NCBI GenBank assembly: GCA_964658305.1
Contig: OZ210884.1
Span: 2,356,001-2,420,000 of the forward strand
Length of the DNA: 64,000 nt
Reading direction: 5' to 3'
Source of the DNA: Leptogorgia sarmentosa
Lineage: Eukaryota
Position numbers and translations under genes: made by a program. How positions within the stretch are numbered: position 1 is the first letter of the stretch; every line of letters begins with the position of its first letter. The notes under the pieces are model-generated. The model searched no databases. It was given only the letters and a program-made list of their open reading frames with translations, and was not told the origin of the DNA. Of this stretch, positions 28,201-39,967 are shown one piece after another.

Positions 28201-31200
28201 TGCTCGTATTTTTATCACAGGTTTACGAAATTTTCGCTGCACATTGCACTTGGCATGGTGAATACGCATGGTAAATTTGGTGGCGACACCATTCAAAATG
28301 GAAGCCACATAAGCAATCAAGTCCCTTCACCTGGTATGGTATATTTGCTATTGCTATTGCTCCTGTTGAGATTCCTTTGAAACAACGGGCTACCCATCAT
28401 CATGCCCTTGCTCGTATTTTTATGACAGGTTTACGAAATTTTCGCTGCACATTGCTCTCTGCATGGTGAATACGCATGGTAAATTTGGTGGCGACACCAT
28501 TCAAAATGGAAGCCACTGAAGCAATCAAGTCCCTTCGCCTGGTATGGTATATTTGCTATTGCTATTGCTCCTGTTGAGATTCCTTTGAAACAACGGGCTA
28601 CCCATTATCATGCCCTGGCTCGTATTTTTATCACAGGTTTACGAAATTTTCGCTGGACATTGCTCTTGGCATGGCGAATACGCATGGTAAATTTGGTGGC
28701 GACACCATTCAAAATGGAAGCCACAGAAGCAATCAAGTCCCTTCACCTGGTATGGTATATTTGCTATTGCTCCTGTTGAGATTCCTTTGAAACAACGGGC
28801 TACCCATCATCATGCCCTTGCTCGTATTTTTATCACAGGTTTAGGAAATTTTCGCTGCAGATTGCTCTTTGCATGGTGAATACGCATGGTAAATTTGGTG
28901 GCGACACCATTCAAAATGGAAGCCACTGAAGCAATCAAGTCCCTTCGCCTGGTATGGTATATTTGCTATTGCTATTGCTCCTGTTGAGATTCCTTTGAAA
29001 CAACGGGCTACCCTTCATCATGCCCTTGCTCGTATTTTTATCACAGGTTTACGAAATTTTCGCTGCACATTGCTCTTGGCATGGTGAATACGCATGGTAA
29101 ATTTGGTGGCGACACCATTCAAAATGGAAGCCACAGAAGCAATCAAGTCACTTCGCCTGGTATGGTATATTTGCTATTGCTATTGCTCCTGTTGAGATTC
29201 CTTTGAAACAACGGGCTACCCATCATCATGCCCTTGCTCGTATTTTTATCACAGGTTTACGAAATTTTCGCTGCACATTGCTCTTGGCATGGTGAATACG
29301 CATGGTAAATTTGGTGGCGACACCTTTCAAAATGGAAGCCACAGATGCAATCAAGTCCCTTCACCTGGTATGGTATATTTGCTATTGCTCCTGTTGAGAT
29401 TCCTTTGAAACAACGGGCTACCCATCATCATGCCCTTGCTCGTATTTTTATCACAGGTTTACGAAATTTTCGCTGCACATTGCTCTTGGCATGGTGAATA
29501 CGCATGGTAAATTTGGTGGCGACACCATTCAAAATGGAAGCCACAGAAGCAATCAAGTCCCGTCACCTGGTATGGTATATTTGCTATTGGTCCTGTTGAG
29601 ATTCCTTTGAAACAACGGGCTACCCATCATCATGCCCTTGCTCGTATTTTTATCACAGGTTTACGAAATTTTCGCTGCACATTGCTCTTGGCATGATGAA
29701 TACGCATGGTAAATTTGGTGGCGACACCATTCAAAATGGAAGCCACAGAAGCAATCAAGTCCCTTCACCTGGTATGGTATATTTGCTATTGCTCCTGTTG
29801 AGATTCCTTTGAAACAACGGGCTACCCATCATCATGCCCTTGCTCGTATTTTTATCACAGGTTTACAAAAGTTTCGCTGCACATTGCTCTTGGCATGATG
29901 AATACGCATGGTAAATTTGGTGGCGACACCATTCAAAATGGAAGCCACAGAAGCAATCAAGTCCCTTCACCTGGTATGGTATATTTGCTATTGCTACTGT
30001 TGAGATTCCTTTGAAACAACGGGCTACCCATCGTCATGCCCTTGCTCGTATTTTTATCACACGTTTACGAAAGTTTCGCTGCACATTGCTCTCGGCATGG
30101 TGAATACGCATGGTAAATTTGGTGGCGACACCATTCAAAATGGAAGCCACAGAAGCAATCAAGTCTTTTCAACTGGTATGCTATATTTGCTATTGCTATT
30201 GCTCCTGTTGAAATTCCTTTGAAACAACGGGCTACCCATTATCATGCCCTTGCTCGTATTTTTATCACAGGTTTACGAAATTTTCGCTGCACATTGCACT
30301 TGGCATGGTGAATACGCATGGTAAATTTGGTGGCGACACCATTCAAAATGGAAGCCACATAAGCAATCAAGTCCCTTCACCTGGTATGGTATATTTGCTA
30401 TTGCTATTGCTCCTGTTGAGATTCCTTTGAAACAACGGGCTACCCATCATCATGCCCTTGCTCGTATTTTTATGACAGGTTTACGAAATTTTCGCTGCAC
30501 ATTGCTCTCTGCATGGTGAATACGCATGGTAAATTTGGTGGCGACACCATTCAAAATGGAAGCCACTGAAGCAATCAAGTCCCTTCGCCTGGTATGGTAT
30601 ATTTGCTATTGCTATTGCTCCTGTTGAGATTCCTTTGAAACAACGGGCTACCCATTATCATGCCCTGGCTCGTATTTTTATCACAGGTTTACGAAATTTT
30701 CGCTGGACATTGCTCTTGGCATGGCGAATACGCATGGTAAATTTGGTGGCGACACCATTCAAAATGGAAGCCACAGAAGTAATCAAGTCCCTTCACCTGG
30801 TATGGTATATTTGGTATTGCTATTGCTCCTGTTGAGATTCCTTTGAAACAACGGGCTACACATCATCATGCCCTTGCTCGTATTTTTATCACAGGTTTAC
30901 GAAATTTTCGCTGCACATTGCTCTTGGCATGGTGAATACGCATGGTAAATTTGGTGGCGACACCATTCAAAATGGAAGCCACAGAAGCAATCAAGTCCCT
31001 TCAGCTGGTATGGTATATTTGCTATTGCTATTGCTCCTATTGAGATTCCTTTGAAACAACGGGCTACCCATCATCATGCCCTTGCTCGTATTTTTATCAC
31101 AGGTTTACGAAATTTTCGCTGCACATTGCTCTTGGCATGGTGAATACGCATGGTAAATTTGGTAACGACACCATTCAAAATGGAAGCCACAGAAGCAATC

Positions 31201-32560
31201 AAGTCCCTTCAGCTGGTATGGTATATTTGCTATTGCTATTGCTCCTGTTGAGATTCCTTTGAAACAACGGGCTACCCATCATCATGCCCTTGCTCGTATT
31301 TTCATCACAGGTTTACGAAATTTTCGCTGCACATTGCTCTTGGCATGGTGAATACGCATGGTAAATTTGGTAGCGACACCATTCAAAATGGAAGCCACAG
31401 AAGCAATCAAGTTCCTTTACCTGGTATGGTATATTTGCTATCGCTATTGCTCCTGTTGAGATTCCTTTGAAACAACGGGCTACCCATCATCATGCCCTTG
31501 CTCGTATTTTTATCACAGGTTTACGACATTTTCGCTGCACATTCCTCTTGGCATGGTGAATACGCATGGTAAATGTGGTGGCGACACCATTCAAAATGGA
31601 AGCCACAGAAGCAATCAAGTCCCTTCACCTGTTATGGTATATTTACTATTGCTATTGCTCCTGTTGAGATTCCTTTGAAACAACGGGCTACCCATCATCA
31701 TGCCCTTGCTCGTATTTTTATCACAGGTTTACGAAATTTTCGCTGCACATTGCTCTTGGCATGGTGAATACGCATGGTAAATTTGGTAGCGACACCATTC
31801 AAAATGGAAGCCACAGAAGCAATCAAGTCCCTTTACCTGGTATGGTATATTTGCTATCGCTATTGCTCCTGTTGAGATTCCTTTGAAACAACGGGCTACC
31901 CATCATCATGCCCTTGCTCGTATTTTTATCACAGGTTTACGACATTTTCGCTGCACATTCCTCTTGGCATGGTGAATACGCATGGTAAATTTGGTGGCGA
32001 CACCATTCAAAATGGAAGCCACAGAAGCAATCAAGTCCCTTCACCTGTTATGGTATATTTACTATTGCTATTGCTCCTGTTGAGATTCCTTTGAAACAAC
32101 GGGCTACCCATCATCATGCCCTTGCTCGTATTTTTATGACAGGTTTACGAAATTTTCGCTGCACATTGCTCTTGGCATGGTGAATACGCATGGTAAATTT
32201 GGTGGTGACAACATTCAAAATGGAAGCCACAGAAGCAATCAAGTCCCTTCACCTGGTATGGTATATTTGCTATTGCTCCTGTTGAGATTCCTTTGAAACA
32301 ACGGGCTACCCATCATCATGCCCTTGCTCGTATTTTTATCACAGCTTTACGAAATTTTCGCTGCACATTGCTCTTGGCATGATGAATACGCATGGTAAAT
32401 TTGTTGGCGACACCATTCAAAATGGAAGCCACAGAAGCAATCAAGTCCCTTCGCCTGGTATGGTATATTTGCTATTGCTATTGCTCCTGTTGAGATTCCT
32501 TTGAAACAACGGGCTACCCATCATCATGCCCTTGCTCGTATTTTTATCACAGGTTTACGA
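23630..32560. repeat. Higher-order tandem duplication, period 4338/4540 bp (21/22 monomers)
   Basis: ORF offset 24247/28585 equals 4338. Offsets 26095/30635 and 27033/31573 equal 4540 (one more 202-bp monomer). The match ends at 28021 versus 32561. Confidence 0.9.
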
Positions 32561-34679
32561 AATGTTCGCTGCACATTGCTCTTGGCATGGTGAATACGCA
32601 TGGTAAATTTGGTGGCGACACCATTCAAAATGGAAGCCACAGAAGCAATCAAGTCCCTTCACCTGGTATGGTATATTTGCTATTGCTCCTGTTGAGATTC
32701 CTTTGAAACAACGGGCTACCCATCATCATGCCCTTGCTCGTATTTTTATCACAGGTTTACAAAAGTTTCGCTGCACATTGCTCTTGGCATGATGAATACG
32801 CATGGTAAATTTGGTGGCGACACCATTCAAAATGGAAGCCACAGAAGCAATCAAGTCTTTTCAACTGGTATGGTATATTTGCTATTGCTATTGCTCCTAT
32901 TGAGATTCCTTTGAAACAACGGGCTACCCATCATCATGCCCTTGCTCGTATTTTTATCACAGGTTTACGAAATTTTCGCTGCACATTGCTCTTGGAATGG
33001 TGAATACGCATGGTAAATTTGGTGGCGACACCATTCAAAATGGAAGCCACAGAAGCAATCAAGTCCCTTCACCTGGTATGGTATATTTGCTATTGCTCCT
33101 GTTGAGATTCCTTTGAAACAACGGGCTACCCATCATCATGCCCTTGCTCGTATTTTTATCACAGGTTTACAAAAGTTTCGCTGCACATTGCTCTTGGCAT
33201 GATGAATACGCATGGTAAATTTGGTGGCGCACCATTCAAAATGGAAGCCACAGAAGCAATCAAGTCTTTTCAACTGGTATGGTATATTTGCTATTGCTAT
33301 TGCTCCTATTGAGATTCCTTTGAAACAACGGGCTACCCATCATCATGCCCTTGCTCGTATTTTTATCACAGGTTTACGAAATTTTCGCTGCACATTGCTC
33401 TTGGCATGGTGAATACGCATGGTAAATTTGGTGGCGACACCATTCAAAATGGAAGCCACAGAAGCAATCAAGTCCCTTCACCTGGTATGGTATATTTGCT
33501 ATTGCTATTGCTCCTGTTGAGATTCCTCTGAAACAACGGGCTACCCATCATCATGCCCTTGCTCGTATTTTTATCACAGGTTTTCGAAATTTTCACTGCA
33601 CATTGCTCTTGGCATGGTGAATACGCATGGTAAATTTGGTGGCGACACCATTCAAAATGGAAGCCACAGAAGCAATCAAGTCCCTTCACCTGGTATGGTA
33701 TATTTGCTATTGCTATTGCTCCTGTTGAGATTCCTTTGAAACAACGGGCTACCCATCATCATGCCCTTGCTCGTATTTTTATCACAGGTTTACGAAATTT
33801 TCGCTGCACATTGCTCTTAGCATGGTGAATACGCATGGTAAATTTGGTAGCGACACCATTCAAAATGGAAGCCACAGAAGCAATCAAGTCCCTTCAGCTG
33901 GTATGGTATATTTGCTATTGCTATTGCTCCTGTTGAGATTCCTTTGAAACAACGGGCTACCCATCATCATGCCCTTGCTCGTATTTTTATCACAGGTTTA
34001 CGAAATTTTCGCTGCACATTGCTCTTGGCATGGTGAATACGCATGGTAAATTTGGTAGGGACACCATTCAAAATGGAAGCCACAGAAGCAATCAAGTCCC
34101 TTCACCTGTTATGGTATATTTACTATTGCTATTGCTCCTGTTGAGATTCCTTTGAAACAACGGGCTACCCATCATCATGCCCTTGCTCGTATTTTTATGA
34201 CAGGTTTACGAAATTTTCGCTGCACATTGCTCTCTCTCTGCATGGTGAATACGCATGGTAAATTTGGTGGCGACACCATTCAAAATGGAAGCCACAGAAG
34301 CAATCAAGTCCCTTCACCTGTTATGGTATATTTACTATTGCTATTGCTCCTGTTGAGATTCCTTTGAAACAACGGGCTACCCATTATCATGCCCTTGCTC
34401 GTATTTTTATCACAGGTTTACGAAATTTTCGCTGCACATTGCTCTTGGCATGGTGAATACGCATGGTAAATTTGGTGGCGACACCATTTAAAATAGAAGC
34501 CACAGAAGCAATCAAGTCCCTTCAGCTGGTATGGTATATTTGCTATTGCTATTGCTCCTGTTGAGATTCCTTTGAAACAACGGGCTACCCACCATCATGC
34601 CCTTGCTCGTATTTTTATCACAGGTTTACGAAATTTTCGCTGCACATTGTTCTTGGCATGCTGAATAAGCATGGTAAAT

Positions 34680-36900
34680 TTGGTGGCGACACCATTTAAA
34701 ATAGAAGCCACAGAAGCAATCAAGTCCCTTCACCTGGTATGGTATATTTGCTATTGCTATTGCTCCTGTTGAGATTCCTTTGAAACAACGGGCTACCCAT
34801 CATCATGCCCTTGCTCGTATTTTTATCGCAGGTTTACGACATTTTCGCTGCGCATTGCTCGTGGCATGGTGAATACGCATGGTAAATTTGGTGGTGACAC
34901 CATTCTAAATGGAAGCCACAGAAGCAATCAAGTCCCTTCACCTGGAATGGTATATTTGCTATTGCTATTGCTCCTGTTGAGATTCCTTTGAAACAACGGG
35001 CTACCCATCATCCTGCCCTTGCTCGTATTTTTATCACAGGTTTACGAAATTTTCGCTGCACATTGCTCTTGGAATGGTGAATACGCATGGTAAATTTGGT
35101 GGCGACACCATTCAAAATGGAAGCCACAGAAGCAATCAAGTCCCTTCACCTGGTATGGTATATTTGCTATTGCTATTGCTCCTGTTGAGATTCCTTTGAA
35201 ACAACGGGCTACCCATCATCATGCCCTTGCTCGTATTTTTATCACAGGTATACGAAATTTTCGCTGCACATTGCTCTTGGCATGGTGAATACGCATGGTA
35301 AATTTGGTAGCGACACCATTCAAAATGGAAGCCACAGAAGCAATCAAGTCCCTTTACCTGGTATGGTATATTTGCTATCACTATTGCTCCTGTTGAGATT
35401 CCTTTGAAACAACGGGCTACCCATCATCATGCCCTTGCTCGTATTTTTATCACAGGTTTACGAAATTTTCCCTGCACATTGCTCTTGGCATGGTGAATAC
35501 GCATGGTAAATTTGGTAGCGACACCATTCAAAATGGAAGCCACAGAAGCAATCAAGTCCCTTTACCTGGTATGGTATATTTGCTATCGCTATTGCTCCTG
35601 TTGAGATTCCTTTGAAACAACGGGCTACCCATCATCATGCCCTTGCTCGTATTTTTATCACACGTTTACGAAATTTTCGCTGCACATTGCTCTTGGCATG
35701 GTGAATACGCATGGTAAATTTGGTGGCGACACCATTTAAAATAGAAGCCACAGAAGCAATCAAGTCCCTTCACCTGGTATGGTATATTTGCTATTGCTAT
35801 TGCTCCTGTTGAGATTCCTTTGAAACAACGGGCTACCCATCATCATGCCCTTGCTCGTATTTTTATCGCAGGTTTACGACATTTTCGCTGCACATTGCTC
35901 GTGGCATGGTGAATACGCATGGTAAATTTGGTGGCGACACCATTCAAAATGGAAGCCACAGAAGCAATCAAGTCCCTTCACCTGGAATGGTATATTTGCT
36001 ATTGCTATTGCTCCTGTTGAGATTCCTTTGAAACAACGGGCTACCCATCATCATGCCCTTGCTCGTATTTTTATCACAGGTTTACGAAATTTTCGCTGCA
36101 CATTGCTCTTGGCATGGTGAATACGCATGGTAAATTTGGTGGCGACACCATTCAAAATGGAAGCCACAGAAGCAATCAAGTCCCTTCACCTGGTATGGTA
36201 TATTTGCTATTGCTATTGCTCCTGTTGAGATTCCTTTGAAACAACGGGCTACCCATCATCATGCCCTTGCTCGTATTTTTATCACAGGTATACGAAATTT
36301 TCGCTGCACATTGCTCTTGGCATGGTGAATACGCATGGTAAATTTGGTAGCGACACCATTCAAAATGGAAGCCACAGAAGCAATCAAGTCCCTTTACCTG
36401 GTATGGTATATTTGCTATCGCTATTGCTCCTGTTGAGATTCCTTTGAAACAACGGGCTACCCATCATCATGCCCTTGCTCGTATTTTTATCACAGGTTTA
36501 CGAAATTTTCCCTGCACATTGCTCTTGGCATGGTGAATACGCATGGTAAATTTGGTAGCGACACCATTCAAAATGGAAGCCACAGAAGCAATCAAGTCCC
36601 TTTACCTGGTATGGTATATTTGCTATCGCTATTGCTCCTGTTGAGATTCCTTTGAAACAACGGGCTACCCATCATCATGCCCTTGCTCGTATTTTTATCA
36701 CACGTTTACGAAATTTTCGCTGCACATTGCTCTTGGCATGGTGAATACGCATGGTAAATTTGGTGGCGACACCATTTAAAATAGAAGCCACAGAAGCAAT
36801 CAAGTCCCTTCACCTGGTATGGTATATTTGCTATTGCTATTGCTCCTGTTGAGATTCCTTTGAAACAACGGGCTACCCATCATCATGCCCTTGCTCGTAT
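34680..36900. repeat. 5-monomer repeat, period 1040 bp, about 2 copies plus a shortened third
   Basis: CATTTAAAATAGAAG variant at 34697, 35737 and 36777. CAGGTATACG at about 35250/36290. Confidence 0.85.
36028..36235 (+). repeat. Representative consensus 208-bp monomer (phase arbitrary)
   Basis: TTGAAACAACGGGCTACCCATCATCATGCCCTTGCTCGTATTTTTATCACAGGTTTACGAAATTTTCGCTGCACATTGCTCTTGGCATGGTGAATACGCATGGTAAATTTGGTGGCGACACCATTCAAAATGGAAGCCACAGAAGCAATCAAGTCCCTTCACCTGGTATGGTATATTTGCTATTGCTATTGCTCCTGTTGAGATTCCT; the next copy starts at 36236. Confidence 0.97.
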
Positions 36901-39900
36901 TTTTATCACAGGTTTACGAAATTTTCGCTGCACATTGCTCTTGGCATGGTGAATACGCATGGTAAATTTGGTGGCGACACCATTCAAAATGGAAGCCACA
37001 GAAGCAATCAAGTCCCTTCACCTGGTATGGTATATTTGCTATTGCTATTGCTCCTGTTGAGATTCCTTTGAAACAACGGGCTACCCATCATCATGCCCTT
37101 GCTCGTATTTTTATCACAGGTATACGAAATTTTCGCTGCACATTGCTCTTGGCATGGTAAATACGCATGGTAAATTTGGTAGCGACACCATTCAAAATGG
37201 AAGCCACAGAAGCAATCAAGTCCCTTTACCTGGTATGGTATATTTGCTATCGCTATTGCTCCTGTTGAGATTCCTTTGAAACAACGGGCTACCCATCATC
37301 ATGCCCTTGCTCGTATTTTTATCACAGGTTTACGAAATTTTCCCTGCACATTGCTCTTGGCATGGTGAATACGCATGGTAAATTTGGTAGCGACACCATT
37401 CAAAATGGAAGCCACAGAAGCAATCAAGTCCCTTTACCTGGTATGGTATATTTGCTATCGCTATTGCTCCTGTTGAGATTCCTTTGAAACAACGGGCTAC
37501 CCATCATCATGCCCTTGCTCGTATTTTTATCACAGGTTTACGAAATTTTCCCTGCACATTGCTCTTGGCATGGTGAATACGCATGGTAAATTTGGTAGCG
37601 ACACCATTCAAAATGGAAGCCACAGAAGCAATCAAGTCCCTTTAACTGGTATGGTATATTTGCTATCGCTATTGCTCCTGTTGAGATTCCTTTGAAACAA
37701 CGGGCTACCCATCATCATGCCCTTGCTCGTATTTTTATCACAGGTTTACGAAATTTTCCCTGCACATTGCTCTTGGCATGGTAAATACGCATGGTAAATT
37801 TGGTAGCGACACCATTCAAAATGGAAGCCACAGAAGCAATCAAGTCCCTTTAACTGGTATGGTATATTTGCTATCGCTATTGCTCCTGTTGAGATTCCTT
37901 TGAAACAACGGGCTACCCATCATCATGCCCTTGCTCGTATTTTTATCACAGGTTTACGAAATTTTCGCTGCACATTGCTCTTGGCATGGTGAATACGCAT
38001 GGTAAATGTGGTGGCGACACCATTTAAAATAGAAGCCACAGAAGCAATCAAGTCCCTTCACCTGGTATGGTATATTTGCTATTGCTATTGCTCCTGTTGA
38101 GATTCCTTTGAAACAACGGGCTACGCATCATCATGCCCTTGCTCGTATTTTTATCACAGGTTTACGAAATTTTCGCTGCACATTCCTCTTGGCATGGTGA
38201 ATACGCATGGTAAATTTGGTGGCGACACCATTCAAAATGGAAGCCACAGAAGCAATCAAGTCCCTTCACCTGGTATGGTATATTTGCTATTGCTATTGCT
38301 CCTGTTGAGATTCCTTTGAAACAACGGGCTACCCATTATCATGCCCTTGCTCGTATTTTTATCACAGGTTTACGAAATTTTCGCTGCACATTCCTCTTGG
38401 CATGGTGAATACGCATGGTAAATTTGGTGGCGACACCATTCAAAATGGAAGCCACAGAAGCAATCAAGTCCCTTCACCTGTTATGGTATATTTACTATTG
38501 CTATTGCTCCTGTTGAGATTCCTTTGAAACAACGGGCTACCCATCATCATGCCCTTGCTCGTATTTTTATCACAGGTTTACGAAATTTTCGCTGCACATT
38601 GCTCTTGGCATGGTAAATTTGGTGGCGACACCATTTAAAATAGAAGCCACAGAAGCAATCAAGTCCCTTCACCTGTTATGGTATATTTGCTATTGCTATT
38701 GCTCCTGTTGAGATTCCTTTGAAACAACGGGCTACCCATCATCATGCCCTTGCTCGTATTTTTATCACAGGTTTACGAAATTTTCGCTGCCATTGCTCTT
38801 GGCATGGTGAATACGCATGGTAAATTTGGTAGCGACACCATTCAAAATGGAAGCCACAGAAGCAATCAAGTCCCTTCACCTGTTATGGCATATTTACTAT
38901 TGCTATTGCTCCTGTTGAGATTCCTTTGAAACAACGGGCTACCCATCATCATGCCCTTGCTCGTATTTTTATGACAGGTTTACGAAATTTTCGCTGCACA
39001 TTGCTCTCTCTCTGCATGGTGAATACGCATGGTAAATTTGGTGGCGACACCATTCAAAATAGAAGCCACAGAAGCAATCAAGTCCCTTCAGCTGGTATGG
39101 TATATTTGCTATTGCTATTGCTCCTGTTGAGATTCCTTTGAAACAACGGGCTACCCATCATCATGCCCTTGCTCGTATTTTTATGACAGGTTTACGAAAT
39201 TTTCGCTGCACATTGCTCTTGGCATGGTGAATACGCATGGTAAATTTGGTGGCGACACCATTCAAAATGGAAGCCACTGAAGCAATCAAGTCCCTTCGCC
39301 TGGTATGGTATATTTGCTATTGCTATTGCTCCTGTTGAGATTCCTTTGAAACAACGGGCTACCCATTATCATGCCCTTGCTCGTATTTTTATCACAGGTT
39401 TACGAAATTTTCGCTGCACATTGCTCTTGGCATGGTGAATACGCATGGTAAATTTGGTGGTGACAACTTTCAAAATGGAAGCCACAGAAGCAATCAAGTC
39501 CCTTCACCTGGTATGGTATATTTGCTATTGCTCCTGTTGAGATTCCTTTGAAACAACGGGCTACCCATCATCATGCCCTTGCTCGTATTTTTATCACAGA
39601 TTTACGAAATTTTAGCTGCACATTGCTCTTGGCATGATGAATACGCATGGTAAATTTGGTGGCGACACCATTCAAAATGGAAGCCACAGAAGCAATCAAG
39701 TCCCTTCGCCTGGTATGGTATATTTGCTATTGCTATTGCTCCTGTTGAGATTCCGTTGAAACAACGGGCTACCCATCATCACGCCCTTGCTCGTATTTTT
39801 ATCACAGGTTTACGAAATTTTCGCTGCACATTGCTCTTGGCGATGGTGAATACGCATGGTAAATTTGGTGGCGACACCATTCAAAATGGAAGCCACAGAA

Positions 39901-39967
39901 GCAATCAAGTCCCTTCACCTGGTATGGTATATTTGCTATTGCTATTGCTCCTGTTGAGATTCCTTTG

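Noticed and set aside
36022..36041. CENP-B-box-like ATTCCTTTGAAACAACGGGC
   Set aside because: The canonical core is TTCG-N4-A-N2-CGGG. Here it is TTCC and the spacing to CGGG is 3 bp too long, so the resemblance is superficial.
36065..36073. Hairpin plus T-run (GTATTTTTA) as an intrinsic terminator
   Set aside because: The stem is weak and offset from the T-run, there is no associated gene, and it is simply part of each monomer.
36110..36160. tRNA/SINE or 5S rDNA tandem unit (TGGCATGGTG resembles a Pol III A box)
   Set aside because: No convincing B box (GTTCRA), no cloverleaf, and no recognisable 5S rRNA, snRNA or spliced-leader sequence.
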